Below are positions 20,068 through 30,236 of a stretch of DNA of 64,000 nucleotides, piece by piece. The notes under the pieces were generated by a model, which saw only the letters and a program-made list of their open reading frames with translations, ran no database searches and was not told the DNA's origin. Every line of letters begins with the position of its first letter. Positions within the stretch are counted from its first letter, which is position 1. This DNA comes from Candidatus Omnitrophota bacterium (GTDB taxonomy: Bacteria; Omnitrophota; Gorgyraeia; Gygaellales; Profunditerraquicolaceae). The translations under genes were made by a program, and so were the position numbers. The stretch spans positions 106,620-170,619 of the forward strand of contig JAPLLX010000001.1 of assembly GCA_026387335.1 (NCBI GenBank), given 5' to 3'.

Positions 20068-20135
20068 AAAATTAATTTTGAATGGGCGGAATTTTTAGCA
20101 GAATGATGAGCGCTACGATAAATAGAGATTGAATA

Positions 20136-21737
20136 ATGGCTAGTATGTTATTGGTACATTGCAATAGACTTGTTTCCGGTGTTCAATACCCCGGTATCTC
20201 AAGTATAGCTGCTTTTGTGAAGCGCGCTGGTCATAGAGTAATTTTTTTTGATACAGCTCATTACACAGACAGTAGAAGTATGGAATCATACAGTGCGTAC
20301 AGAGATATAAAGACTCGTATTGATTTGGAGTTTAAGGGTATAAAGAATAAACAGCTGATGCCATCAAAAAAACCAATAGATATATTACTCTGGGATCTTG
20401 AAAACGAATTTGCTAAAAATAGAATAGATATTATAGGGTTTTCTTCTTTTTCTGACGATTGGCCTTTCGCGCTTTTCCTAATAAAAAAGGTTCATGCTAT
20501 TGAACCAAATCTTCCGATTATTGTAGGAGGAATTCATGCTATTGTTAGTCCAGAGCAAGTGATTAAACATGATGAAGTTTCCATGGTTTGCGTAGGAGAA
20601 GGCGAGATGCCGATAGTTGAGTTATTAAACTCCATTGATGCCGGTAGAATTGATCTTAATATTAGAAATCTATGGATAAGGCACGAAGGGAAAATCATCC
20701 AAAACCCTAGGAGACCTTTATTGGCTTTCAGTGAAAATTTGCCGATGCTTGACTGGAGTTTATATAGCGGTATTCACTTTTATTTTCCTTTTGATGGTAA
20801 ATTATATCGGAGAGGAAGCGTTTTTATGGGCCGGGGTTGTCCATATTCATGTAGCTTTTGTATAAATAATTTCATTAAGAAAATCTATCCCAAAGAACAG
20901 GGTAGAACTTACCTTAAGAGCGTGGAATACCTGATAAAGGAGATTGTTTTTCTAAAAAATAATTACAATTTAGAGTTCCTGCGATTTTGGGATCAAACTT
21001 TTCTCGCCATGCCGAAGGGGTATTTATCGGAATTCGCAAAAGCTTATAATAAAGAAGTAAGGTTACCCTTTACGATAGAAACTATGGCTCAGACTGTTAC
21101 TCATGAGAATGCTAAGATGCTTGTTACTATGGGGTGTCAGTCCGTAAGTGTAGGAGTAGAGACTTCAAATGAGAATTTGAGAAAAAATATTCTAAACAAA
21201 CCGATAAAGAATGAGGTATATGATAGATGTTTTAAGATACTTTCAGAATACGGATTACGTAAAGTTGCTAATTTTATGTTTTTTCTTCCGCATCAAACAC
21301 TTGATGATATGTGGGAGGATGTTTCTATGTGTAAGAGATGGGGCATAGATCATCCCTCCGCCAGGATTTTCTATCCGTATCGGGGGACGCAATTACGCGA
21401 GTATTGTCTTAATAACGATTTACTTGATCTTGATCTTCTTGAGAGGATCGAGAATGAAAATGCGATCGGAGAGATAGGGAATTTAAATGAGAACCATGTT
21501 ACTTTTCAAGATACTGTTTTAAAATTTGATAACAAGCTAAAAGAAGAGGGAAGGCGGCTGCTGGATAATTTTATTTTATTTCAGGAGACTGAAGAATCAG
21601 CTTATGTCGATGTAAGAAAGTTACTTATAAAGAACGATATGGATTCGAATGACGCCTTGAGAAGAATGGAGCGCCAGATATATATAAAACGTTTTAAGGA
21701 AGAACCATTAACGGCAAATTACGGGATGAACTGTTGA
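20136..21737 (+). CDS. Cobalamin-binding radical SAM protein (copy 1)
   Basis: B12 domain (IIVGGIHA, VCVGEGE), RGCPYSCSFC, GVET, PYRGT. Confidence 0.9.
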   Translation: MASMLLVHCNRLVSGVQYPGISSIAAFVKRAGHRVIFFDTAHYTDSRSMESYSAYRDIKTRIDLEFKGIKNKQLMPSKKPIDILLWDLENEFAKNRIDIIGFSSFSDDWPFALFLIKKVHAIEPNLPIIVGGIHAIVSPEQVIKHDEVSMVCVGEGEMPIVELLNSIDAGRIDLNIRNLWIRHEGKIIQNPRRPLLAFSENLPMLDWSLYSGIHFYFPFDGKLYRRGSVFMGRGCPYSCSFCINNFIKKIYPKEQGRTYLKSVEYLIKEIVFLKNNYNLEFLRFWDQTFLAMPKGYLSEFAKAYNKEVRLPFTIETMAQTVTHENAKMLVTMGCQSVSVGVETSNENLRKNILNKPIKNEVYDRCFKILSEYGLRKVANFMFFLPHQTLDDMWEDVSMCKRWGIDHPSARIFYPYRGTQLREYCLNNDLLDLDLLERIENENAIGEIGNLNENHVTFQDTVLKFDNKLKEEGRRLLDNFILFQETEESAYVDVRKLLIKNDMDSNDALRRMERQIYIKRFKEEPLTANYGMNC

Positions 21738-21928
21738 ATCGGGAGAGCTTTTACAACATTGTTTGAAGCAAAAGTGCTTGTAGGACGCCGGAAGACAGAA
21801 TATAATACGGGTCAGGCCGCACAGTTCATTGAATTACAGTCTCCTGCTCCAGGGGCTATTAAGCCGGAATGGCTAGAAAATGCGGTTACTCTCTCTTAAG
21901 AACTGGTACAATTTATAGGAGCAGGTCA
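21710..21928 (+). mobile_element. IS3-family (IS407-group-like) remnant: frameshifted transposase C-terminus plus right inverted repeat
   Basis: Reads NGKLRDELLNRESF/TTLFEAKVLV..EYNT/VRPHSSLNY/PAP across frameshifts; ends CTGGTACAATTTATAGGAGCAGGTCA. Confidence 0.85.
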
Positions 21929-22004
21929 CTTAATCAACAGTCTGTTTTTAATTATTTAAGAGAAGAAATAACTTGATGGCAAGCACTAATTTTACTATAA
22001 GTAT

Positions 22005-22970
22005 ATGAAAAAAAACCGGTTATTTAATAGGAGGATTTTAAAACTAAAATCATTAACCCAAAGGGAGCATGGGTTAAAGATTTCGATAATTGCGCCGTTA
22101 GAATTAAAGCATAATCTTGATCTAAATGGAGACCTAAAAAAGGTTGCTCAGCGAATAGCAAAGGCTAAGAAGAAGGGCGCATCTATTATATGGATGATAG
22201 GGGGGCATGTTATTAGATCCGGGGTTCAGCGATATATCATAGATTTGATGGAGAGAGGATATATTTCATGCCTGGCTATGAACGGAGCCGGGATTATCCA
22301 TGATTATGAACTTGCTCTTATCGGAGCAACTACCGAGAGCGTGGCTAAATATATCAAAGAAGGGCAATTCGGTTTATGGAAGGAAACAGGAGAAATCAAT
22401 AATATAATCAATAGAAGCTATAAACAGGGTCTTGGCCTGGGTGAGGGAGTCGGTAAGGCTATTTATGAAGGGAATTTTCCTTATAAAGAGTTTAGCCTGC
22501 TGGCGGCTGGTTATCGTTTGAAGGTTTTAGTAACGGTGCATGTCGGCATAGGTTACGATATTATCCATGAGCATCCTAATTGCGACGGCGCGGCAATGGG
22601 CGCAACTTCTTACCGCGATTTCCTAATGTTTGCTAAAGTCATTAGTAACTTGGAAAAAGGAATTATAATGAATTTCGGTAGCGCGGTAATGGCCCCGGAG
22701 GTATTTTTGAAGGCTTTGAGTATGGCCAGGAACGTTGCTCATCAGAGGAGGAAACAAATAAAGCATTTTACTTCTGTTGTTTGCGATCTTTATAATTTAC
22801 CACCTAAATTTAGCAAAGAGCCGGGGAAACACAATCCGGGTTATTATTTTAGGCCGTGGAAGACAATGCTTGTTAGGACAGTAGCTGACGGAGGAAGCGC
22901 TTTTTACATAAAAGGCTGCCATGCGGATGTAATCCCTGCACTATGGAAGGAAATTAATGAAAGTTCTTGA
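22005..22970 (+). CDS. Deoxyhypusine-synthase-like fold protein (GSU2086-like), function unknown
   Basis: GGHVIRSG, AMNGAGIIHDYE, TVHVGIGYDIIH, GSAVMAPEVFLKAL; family name recalled, not searched. Confidence 0.6.
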   Translation: MKKNRLFNRRILKLKSLTQREHGLKISIIAPLELKHNLDLNGDLKKVAQRIAKAKKKGASIIWMIGGHVIRSGVQRYIIDLMERGYISCLAMNGAGIIHDYELALIGATTESVAKYIKEGQFGLWKETGEINNIINRSYKQGLGLGEGVGKAIYEGNFPYKEFSLLAAGYRLKVLVTVHVGIGYDIIHEHPNCDGAAMGATSYRDFLMFAKVISNLEKGIIMNFGSAVMAPEVFLKALSMARNVAHQRRKQIKHFTSVVCDLYNLPPKFSKEPGKHNPGYYFRPWKTMLVRTVADGGSAFYIKGCHADVIPALWKEINESS

Positions 22971-23433
22971 GTTCGATGCCTTAGCCGAAAAAATCAAGTG
23001 CTTAAAAGGCCCTGGAAAGAAAATTATCCTTTGTCACGGATGTTTTGATCTAATGCATCCCGGGCATATAAAATATTTTCAGGCAGCCAAGAAAATGGGA
23101 GATATCCTTGTGGTAACGGTTACCCCTGATATTTATGTTGATAAAGGGCCGGGTAGGCCGGTATTTAACCAGCAATTGCGCTCTGAATCAATCGCGGCTC
23201 TTGAGTGTGTTGATTATGTAGCAATTAATAAATGGCCTACGGCGGAAGAAACCATTAGATTATTAAAGCCTGATATATATGTAAAAGGGCAGGAGTTTGA
23301 AGGGCTTAAAGATAAAACCGGAAAGCTTCAGAAAGAATTAAAAGTTATTCAAGAGGTCGGAGCCGAAATCAGGTTTACGCATGAAATAGTATTTTCCTCA
23401 ACGGATTTAATTAATAACAACCTTAAGAGATAA
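22957..23433 (+). CDS. Stand-alone HxGH nucleotidyltransferase (RfaE domain II-like)
   Basis: HGCFDLMHPGH, KGPGRPVF, YVKG, FSST. Confidence 0.85.
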   Translation: MKVLEFDALAEKIKCLKGPGKKIILCHGCFDLMHPGHIKYFQAAKKMGDILVVTVTPDIYVDKGPGRPVFNQQLRSESIAALECVDYVAINKWPTAEETIRLLKPDIYVKGQEFEGLKDKTGKLQKELKVIQEVGAEIRFTHEIVFSSTDLINNNLKR

Positions 23434-23435
23434 AA

Positions 23436-24968
23436 ATGAAAAACTCACCTAAAAGCAAAATATTGTTACTCGACGATTTAATTAAAAAAGTAAGTAGCCT
23501 GCGGGCTTCCGGGAAAGTTGTAGTTCAGAGCCACGGGATTTTCGACTTGATCCATCCGGGAGTAATCGAGCATCTTAAATCAGCCAAGGAGCGAGGGGAT
23601 ATATTAATAGCTACTGTTATAGCGGATAAAGATGTACGTAAGGGTCCGGGAAGGCCGATCTTTCCTGGAAACTTGAGGGCAGATAATGTGGCGAGCCTCT
23701 CAATGATTGATTATGTTTGCGTGGTCAGCGATGAAAAGCCTTTTGAATGCGTAAAAAGGATAAAACCTGATATTTTTGCCAGGGGTAAATCCATAAAAGA
23801 CCAAGCCAATGAAATCAGCAATAAGATATTTGAAGAGGAAAAGGAGCTTTATTTTGGTAAGGTGAGGATCCATGAGACCGGCGGATTCTCTTTAAGCTCA
23901 TCGGAAATAATCAATAATTTTCTCGATATCTATCCGGAAGAGGTAAAAAGCTTCCTGAAGCGTTTCTCTAAGAAGTATAACTTTAAGGAAATCAGCGAAA
24001 AGATCAATAGCCTAAAGAAGCTAAAGATCCTGCTTATCGGCGATGGGATAATCGATGAGTATCATTATTGCGAGGCAATGGGCAGGTCAGCCAAAGCCCC
24101 ATTAGTGGTGAACAAATACATAACCCATGAAGTATTTGCCGGGGGCGCTTTTGCTATTGCGAACCACTTGGCGGGATTATCAAGCGATATCCACTTAGTT
24201 TCTTTGCTGGGGAATGATCTCGCGAAGGAAGATTTCATCCGCTCCAGCTTAAAGCCGAACGTAACTCCGAAGTTTTTTTACCGCAAAGACGGCTCAACTG
24301 TGGTTAAAAAGAGGTACATTAATCAGTATCAGAACCAGAAGCTTTTTGAAGTCAATTACCTGAGTGATGCCTATATTAACGGAGGGCTTGAATCGGAAAT
24401 AATCAAGTATCTAAAAGGCACGGTAAAGTCTTATGATTTAATTTTGATCTCTGACTTTGGACATGGGTTCATTACGAACAGGATAATCGAAACGATCCAA
24501 AATTCCGGAGTAAAATTCGCGGTGAATACCCAGACAAATGCCGCTAATGCCGGTTACAACATGATTACTAAATATCGTAAGCCGCTTTATGTTTGCCTGG
24601 ATGAACCGGAGTTAAGATGGGCAGCGCAGGAGAGATTCGCCGATATTGAATCTGTGGCTAAGAAAATTCTGGAAAGCATACATGCTTCTAACCTTATTGT
24701 GACCTTGGGTAAAAGAGGTTCATTCGGGATAAATAATAAGGACCAGGTAAATCATACGCCGATTTTTTCTTCAAAAGTTATAGATACTGTTGGCGCAGGA
24801 GACGCCTTTTTTGCTTTTACTGCGCCCTGTATCGCTCAGAAGATGCCTCTGGATTTAGTTTCTTTTATCGGAAACGCCGTGGGCGCCTTAGCCGTCCAGA
24901 TCGTTTGTAATAAGAGACCGGTTGAGAAGTACGAGTTATTTGAGTTTATTCACGCGCTTTTAGAATAA
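23436..24968 (+). CDS. Nucleotidyltransferase-like domain fused to PfkB sugar kinase (HldE-like, reversed domain order)
   Basis: HGIFDLIHPGV, KGPGRPIF; GDGIIDEY, SDFGHG, DTVGAGDAF. Confidence 0.85.
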   Translation: MKNSPKSKILLLDDLIKKVSSLRASGKVVVQSHGIFDLIHPGVIEHLKSAKERGDILIATVIADKDVRKGPGRPIFPGNLRADNVASLSMIDYVCVVSDEKPFECVKRIKPDIFARGKSIKDQANEISNKIFEEEKELYFGKVRIHETGGFSLSSSEIINNFLDIYPEEVKSFLKRFSKKYNFKEISEKINSLKKLKILLIGDGIIDEYHYCEAMGRSAKAPLVVNKYITHEVFAGGAFAIANHLAGLSSDIHLVSLLGNDLAKEDFIRSSLKPNVTPKFFYRKDGSTVVKKRYINQYQNQKLFEVNYLSDAYINGGLESEIIKYLKGTVKSYDLILISDFGHGFITNRIIETIQNSGVKFAVNTQTNAANAGYNMITKYRKPLYVCLDEPELRWAAQERFADIESVAKKILESIHASNLIVTLGKRGSFGINNKDQVNHTPIFSSKVIDTVGAGDAFFAFTAPCIAQKMPLDLVSFIGNAVGALAVQIVCNKRPVEKYELFEFIHALLE

Positions 24969-24979
24969 GAGGGTTGACG

Positions 24980-25549
24980 ATGAAGAATAAAATAAAAAAT
25001 TATCATAAAAAATTTATTAACTTAATCAACTCGATTGAGGTTACGGATAGATCTGGGAAAGCCTTGGATTTTTATCAAGGGATTGAATTAGCTTGTTCAG
25101 TCATTAGAAAGCAATCTCGGCTAGGAGGAAAGGTTTTCTTTATCGGAAACGGAGGGAGTGCGGCTATCGCCAGCCACATGGCTATTGATTTCTGGAAAAA
25201 CTTAAAGATAGAGGCACTCTCTTTTAGCGATAGCTCTCTTTTGACCTGCATCAGCAATGATTTTGGCTATGACTATGTCTTTGCCAAGCCAATTGAATTC
25301 TTTGCCGGTAAAAAGGATATCTTGCTTAGTATCAGCAGTTCTGGAAAATCCCAAAATATACTTAAGGCAGTAGCTGCGGCTAAAGCCAAAGGAGCCAGCG
25401 TCATAACCTTATCCGGTTTTAGCAAAAATAATCCCTTAAGGCTCAAGGGTATTTGTAATTTTTATGTTCCAGCAAGCGAATACGGGCTTGTGGAAGTAGG
25501 GCATCAATACGTTTGCCATTATATTGCCGATATCTTATTGCAGAAATAA
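24980..25549 (+). CDS. gmhA: SIS-domain phosphoheptose isomerase-like (GmhA family)
   Basis: IGNGGSAAIASH, TCISNDFGY, ISSSGKSQN, VEVGH...H. Confidence 0.8.
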   Translation: MKNKIKNYHKKFINLINSIEVTDRSGKALDFYQGIELACSVIRKQSRLGGKVFFIGNGGSAAIASHMAIDFWKNLKIEALSFSDSSLLTCISNDFGYDYVFAKPIEFFAGKKDILLSISSSGKSQNILKAVAAAKAKGASVITLSGFSKNNPLRLKGICNFYVPASEYGLVEVGHQYVCHYIADILLQK

Positions 25550-25550
25550 A

Positions 25551-26618
25551 ATGGATGAATTCAAAATAGACAGCCATAAATTAATCTATCATGTTTCAAG
25601 GGTGAATGACTGGATAGAGGGTAAAAATATCTTTCCGATTTACCTTGAAATATCGACTTCAGGTTCCTGTAATCACCGCTGCACTTATTGCGCCTTGGAT
25701 TTTATGGGGTATCAGCCGAGGTTTCTGAAAACGGATATTTTGAAGAAAAGGCTTTCTGAGATGGCGCGTCTGGGCGTGAAAAGTATCATGTACGCAGGAG
25801 AAGGCGAGCCACTTCTGCATAAAGATATAGCAGAAATAATTAATCACACCAAGAGTTCAGGTATTGATGTGGGACTGACCACCAACGGAGTCTTACTAGA
25901 CAAAGAGTTAATTGACCGGACTTTGGCTAATGTTTCTTGGGTTAAAGTAAGTATAAACGGCGCAACTAAAGAAACTTATAGAAAAATTCATCAAAGCAAA
26001 GCGGTTGATTTAGATAAAGTGATTAAGAATATGAGATACGCTGTTAAATCGCGCATTAAGAATGGACACAAATGCGTTCTTGGGATGCAGCTTTTGCTTT
26101 TACCGGAAAACAGCAAGGAGGTTAAAGCATTAGCTGTGTTGGCAAGCGGAATAGGTCTGGATTATTTAGTGGTAAAGCCTTATTCGCAGCATCCATTTAG
26201 CAAAACTACTAGGTATAAGAATATTAAATATGATAAATATCTTAAGCTTGCTGATGAACTAAAAGCTTTTAAGACAGATAAATTTAATGTGATCTTTCGC
26301 GCAAATACTATGAAGAAGTGGGATCATGAGACACGTAACTATAAACATTGTTATGCTTTACCTTTCTGGTCTTATATTGATGCGGGTGGAAATGTATGGG
26401 GATGTAGCGTTTACCTGGGGAAGAACGAATTCCTGTACGGAAATATTTATAAGCAAGATTTTAAGGATATTTTGAACAGTCCTAAGAGATCGAGAATAAT
26501 TAAAATGGCTGCCCGGAAGCTTTGTGTTAAGGATTGCAGGGTAAATTGCAGGATGGATGAAATCAACAGGTATCTTTGGGAACTCAAACATCCATCAGAA
26601 CACGTTAATTTTATTTAA
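25551..26618 (+). CDS. Radical SAM / SPASM-Twitch protein
   Basis: CNHRCTYC, GEGEPL, TTNG; C-terminal CYALPF...GNVWGC...YGN...CRVNC; ATG 25551. Confidence 0.9.
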   Translation: MDEFKIDSHKLIYHVSRVNDWIEGKNIFPIYLEISTSGSCNHRCTYCALDFMGYQPRFLKTDILKKRLSEMARLGVKSIMYAGEGEPLLHKDIAEIINHTKSSGIDVGLTTNGVLLDKELIDRTLANVSWVKVSINGATKETYRKIHQSKAVDLDKVIKNMRYAVKSRIKNGHKCVLGMQLLLLPENSKEVKALAVLASGIGLDYLVVKPYSQHPFSKTTRYKNIKYDKYLKLADELKAFKTDKFNVIFRANTMKKWDHETRNYKHCYALPFWSYIDAGGNVWGCSVYLGKNEFLYGNIYKQDFKDILNSPKRSRIIKMAARKLCVKDCRVNCRMDEINRYLWELKHPSEHVNFI

Positions 26619-26634
26619 GGTTTTGAATAAAAAC

Positions 26635-27522
26635 ATGGAAGGAAAAAAGCTGAGTATGGCGCGCAGTGGTAATAATAAAGATTCAAAACGAATTCTAATT
26701 ACTGGCGCAGGTGGTTTTGTGGGAGGTGCGCTTTTTTCCAAGTTAAAATATGCTAAACCCATTGGCGTAGATTTTGGAATAACAGAGGGTTGTCAAGAAA
26801 ATAAATTATTCAATGTTGACCTTAGAGATGAAGAGGCAGTTAAAACCTTGTTTAATGAGTATTCGCCGGATATAGTATTTCATTTTGCTGCGTTGACTTC
26901 TCCGCAACGAAACGAAAAGAATATCGAGCTTGCTACTGAAGGTCACATTAAAATAACTAACAATATTTTAAATAATTTAAATAAGGATACTCACCTAATA
27001 TTTTTGTCAACTGATAAAGTCTTCGATGGAGTAGATCCTTGTCCGGATGAAAAGGCAAAAGTAAATCCTTTATGGATATACGGAAAACTTAAATGGGAAT
27101 GCGAGAATATCGTTCAAGAACGCTTAAAGAAATCCCATATATTCAGGCTGGGTATTGTGCATTCGTTGGGAGATTGTTTTGCTTCGTCCAAAGAGTCGGG
27201 CCCAAGTTCTTTTGTAGATAAGGCCATTATTGATATAAAAGCCGGCAGAGAAGTAGTGGTATTTGATAATGTCGAGCGTTGTTTTGTAAGATTACGGTTA
27301 CTGGTAAAATTATTAGAAATGGCAATGGATGATTGTCATTATGGAATCTATCATGTTGGTTCAGCGATGATGAATTATTATGATAGGATCCGAATCCTAT
27401 GCGAAGAAGAACGGATAAAATGGGAAGGTAAGCTTATCCCAAGATCCGGTAAGGTATTACCAATAGCGCAGAATTTGAATACAGGTAAGCTTAAGAGGGT
27501 TTTTGGTCTAACCTTCAATTAA
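26635..27522 (+). CDS. RmlD-like NDP-keto-sugar reductase (extended SDR)
   Basis: GAGGFVG, HFAA, STDKVFDG, YGKLK. Confidence 0.8.
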   Translation: MEGKKLSMARSGNNKDSKRILITGAGGFVGGALFSKLKYAKPIGVDFGITEGCQENKLFNVDLRDEEAVKTLFNEYSPDIVFHFAALTSPQRNEKNIELATEGHIKITNNILNNLNKDTHLIFLSTDKVFDGVDPCPDEKAKVNPLWIYGKLKWECENIVQERLKKSHIFRLGIVHSLGDCFASSKESGPSSFVDKAIIDIKAGREVVVFDNVERCFVRLRLLVKLLEMAMDDCHYGIYHVGSAMMNYYDRIRILCEEERIKWEGKLIPRSGKVLPIAQNLNTGKLKRVFGLTFN

Positions 27523-27564
27523 ACGGGAACGAATAATAATGATGAGCAGAAAAGGAATTAAATA

Positions 27565-28614
27565 ATGAGTGTTTATCCTTTTGTTTTTAAGGCAGCCATA
27601 CTCGAAAAAAATAATAAACCCCTGGTTATTGATAGCATTGAATTTCCCGGACCATTATTAGCGGGACAGGTTTTGGTTAAACTGAGCTATAGCGGAATCT
27701 GTGGAAAGCAGATTGAGGAAATCGATGGAACAGATGGTTCTGACCCGTGGCTACCGCATCTTCTTGGCCATGAAGGTAGCGGCGAAGTCATTGATGTAGG
27801 GCCGGCAGTTATAAAAGTTAAGAAAACTGATACGGTAGTTTTACACTGGATGAAGGGAAGCGGTATCCATTCATCTACCCCACTTTATTTCCGTAAAGGT
27901 TCCCGAATTAACGCGGGATGGGTTACTACCTTTAATGAATTCGCGGTTGTTTCGGAGAATCGGGTTACCCCTATTCCTAAAGGCAGTGATTTGTTAGTTA
28001 GCGCTTTGTTAGGTTGCGCTGCTACTACTGGGGTGGGCGTGGTGATTAATGAAGCGCAAGTTCAGCCTTATGATACGGTGGTTGTTTATGGTTGCGGCGG
28101 TATTGGATTATGTGCAGTGCAAGCTGCGCGGCTAAGATATCCCCGCAAAATTATTGCCGTAGATATTAATAAAGATTCTCTTGTTTTAGCGCGTCAATTT
28201 GGAGCAACGGATTTGATAAATGCGTCAGAAGAAAACGTACTTGAGTATGTGCGTAAGCTTACATCAGGATGCGGCGCAACAAAAGTGATTATTGCTACAG
28301 GTAATCCAGAGGCTATTGAGTTAGCTGTGGAAACAGCAGGGATTCCAGCTCAGGTCTTTTTTGTAGGGGTTCCACCCAAAGGGAGTAAGGTAAAATTGGA
28401 TGCGCATGCAATTATGCATAAAAGATGTATTAATGGTACTCTCGGAGGCGGTATTTGGCCAGATAGAGATATCCCAACTTATTTATCTATGCATAAAGAA
28501 GGCCAGTTGCATTTAGATAAAGTTGTTTCGCGTATCGTACCGTTCGCTGAGATTAACGAGGTAATAAAACAGAAACGCGCAGCGATTGCCGGACGCTGCG
28601 TAATAAAATTTTGA
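27565..28614 (+). CDS. Zn-dependent medium-chain alcohol dehydrogenase lacking the structural Zn site
   Basis: GICG, GHEGSG, LLGCA, GCGGIG; no four-Cys cluster after VVLHW. Confidence 0.85.
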   Translation: MSVYPFVFKAAILEKNNKPLVIDSIEFPGPLLAGQVLVKLSYSGICGKQIEEIDGTDGSDPWLPHLLGHEGSGEVIDVGPAVIKVKKTDTVVLHWMKGSGIHSSTPLYFRKGSRINAGWVTTFNEFAVVSENRVTPIPKGSDLLVSALLGCAATTGVGVVINEAQVQPYDTVVVYGCGGIGLCAVQAARLRYPRKIIAVDINKDSLVLARQFGATDLINASEENVLEYVRKLTSGCGATKVIIATGNPEAIELAVETAGIPAQVFFVGVPPKGSKVKLDAHAIMHKRCINGTLGGGIWPDRDIPTYLSMHKEGQLHLDKVVSRIVPFAEINEVIKQKRAAIAGRCVIKF

Positions 28615-28638
28615 AATACAAATTTTAAAGAGGTGGGT

Positions 28639-29415
28639 ATGAATTTTGGAATAAAAGATAAAAAAGTTTTAGTTACTGGAGCCAGTAAAGGCATTGGAGC
28701 GGCTATAGCAAGGGCTTTTGCAGCTGAAGGATGCAGATTGTCGTTAATAGCGCGCAATAAAGATAAGCTAAAACAATTATTTGAAGAGATTGGCGGCACT
28801 GTGAAGGGGCATGAATTTCTCTCTATAGATTTGATGGAGCCGGGTGCGCCAACAAAAGCAGTAAAGTCGCTTTTAAAAGATAGCGATCCTTTTGATATAG
28901 TGGTTCATAATGTTGGCGGCGCATTAGGCCTTAAGGATATTTTTGCTCCACTTGGTGATTGGGCTGATGTCTGGCGGTTCAATGTGGGTATTGCTATTGA
29001 GATGAACCGTATTTTGATTCCTCCTATGCGTCAAAGAAAATGGGGTAGAGTGGTTCATCTTTCGTCGATATCCGGAGATCTTGGGGAACCGTTAGAGCCT
29101 TTTGGCGGAGCAATACCTTACGCAGCTGCCAAGGCATATTTAAATGCTTATGTGAAAGGGCTTGGTAGGGAATTAGCCAGGGATAATGTAATTATTTCTG
29201 GCGTGATGCCGGGAGCAGCGCTTTCTGAAGGAAAATATTGGGATAAGACAGTAAAGAATGATCCTGTGCTTGCCAAGAAATTTCTTGATCATTATTATCC
29301 TATTGGACGCTTTGGAAAGCCAGAAGAAATTGCGCCGTTTGTTGTTTTATTAGCATCCGAGCGTGCGACTTTTGCGGCTGGTACATTGATTCCTGTGAGC
29401 GGTGGACGAGTATAA
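28639..29415 (+). CDS. Classical SDR oxidoreductase
   Basis: TGASKGIG, HNVGG, YAAAK, PIGRFG.PEE. Confidence 0.9.
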   Translation: MNFGIKDKKVLVTGASKGIGAAIARAFAAEGCRLSLIARNKDKLKQLFEEIGGTVKGHEFLSIDLMEPGAPTKAVKSLLKDSDPFDIVVHNVGGALGLKDIFAPLGDWADVWRFNVGIAIEMNRILIPPMRQRKWGRVVHLSSISGDLGEPLEPFGGAIPYAAAKAYLNAYVKGLGRELARDNVIISGVMPGAALSEGKYWDKTVKNDPVLAKKFLDHYYPIGRFGKPEEIAPFVVLLASERATFAAGTLIPVSGGRV

Positions 29416-29435
29416 AAATTATAAAGGATTAAAAA

Positions 29436-30236
29436 ATGGACGAGAGGTCTCGTTATCTTCGTAGACTTATTTTATCTGGTATAGAAGGGACAAGAAAAGG
29501 GCATATAGGATCTGCCTTGTCGGTAGTTGAGATTATCAGGGTTCTTTATGATGATATTATGAAGTATCGTCCGCAGGAACCTTTATGGCCGGAAAGGGAT
29601 AGATTTATTCTTAGTAAGGGGCATGGTTGTTTGGCGTTGTATGCAGTATTGGCAGATAAAGGTTTTTTGGATGTAGAAGAATTGAAAACTTATGCTTTAG
29701 AAAATTCGAGATTGGGTGGGTGTCCTGAAAGTTTAGTGCCTGGTATAGAAGCGACGACAGGCGCCTTGGGGCATGGTTTGTCTATAGGGGTCGGAATGGC
29801 CCTTGCTAGCCGCATACAAAATAGGAGAAGCCGCGTATATGTTGTTCTTGGAGATGGTGAACTCGACGAGGGTTCTATATGGGAAGCGGCTTTGTGTGCC
29901 GCCAAACATAAATTATCGCATTTGACGGCTATTATTGATTGTAATAAGTTACAGCTTGGGGGATCGACAAAAGAAATATTAAACCTTGAGCCATTAAGAG
30001 AAAAGTGGATTAGTTTTGGCTTTACAGTAGAAGAAGTTGATGGGCATAATGTTGATACTCTTAAGGCAACCTTTAAAAGGCTTCCTTTCTCAAGCGATAA
30101 GCCATCAATGGTGATTTGTCATACGATTAAAGGTAAGGGGTTTTCTTTTGCGGAGAACGATTATAAATGGCATTGGAAAAGCGGAATTGATGATGCGACT
30201 ATCTTAAAAATGAAATCTTCATTGGAGAAAGAATAA
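29436..30236 (+). CDS. Transketolase-like ThDP enzyme, N-terminal subunit (copy 2)
   Basis: GHIGSALS, RDRFILSKGHG, TGALGHG, GDGELDEG...DCN, HTIKGKG. Confidence 0.9.
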   Translation: MDERSRYLRRLILSGIEGTRKGHIGSALSVVEIIRVLYDDIMKYRPQEPLWPERDRFILSKGHGCLALYAVLADKGFLDVEELKTYALENSRLGGCPESLVPGIEATTGALGHGLSIGVGMALASRIQNRRSRVYVVLGDGELDEGSIWEAALCAAKHKLSHLTAIIDCNKLQLGGSTKEILNLEPLREKWISFGFTVEEVDGHNVDTLKATFKRLPFSSDKPSMVICHTIKGKGFSFAENDYKWHWKSGIDDATILKMKSSLEKE

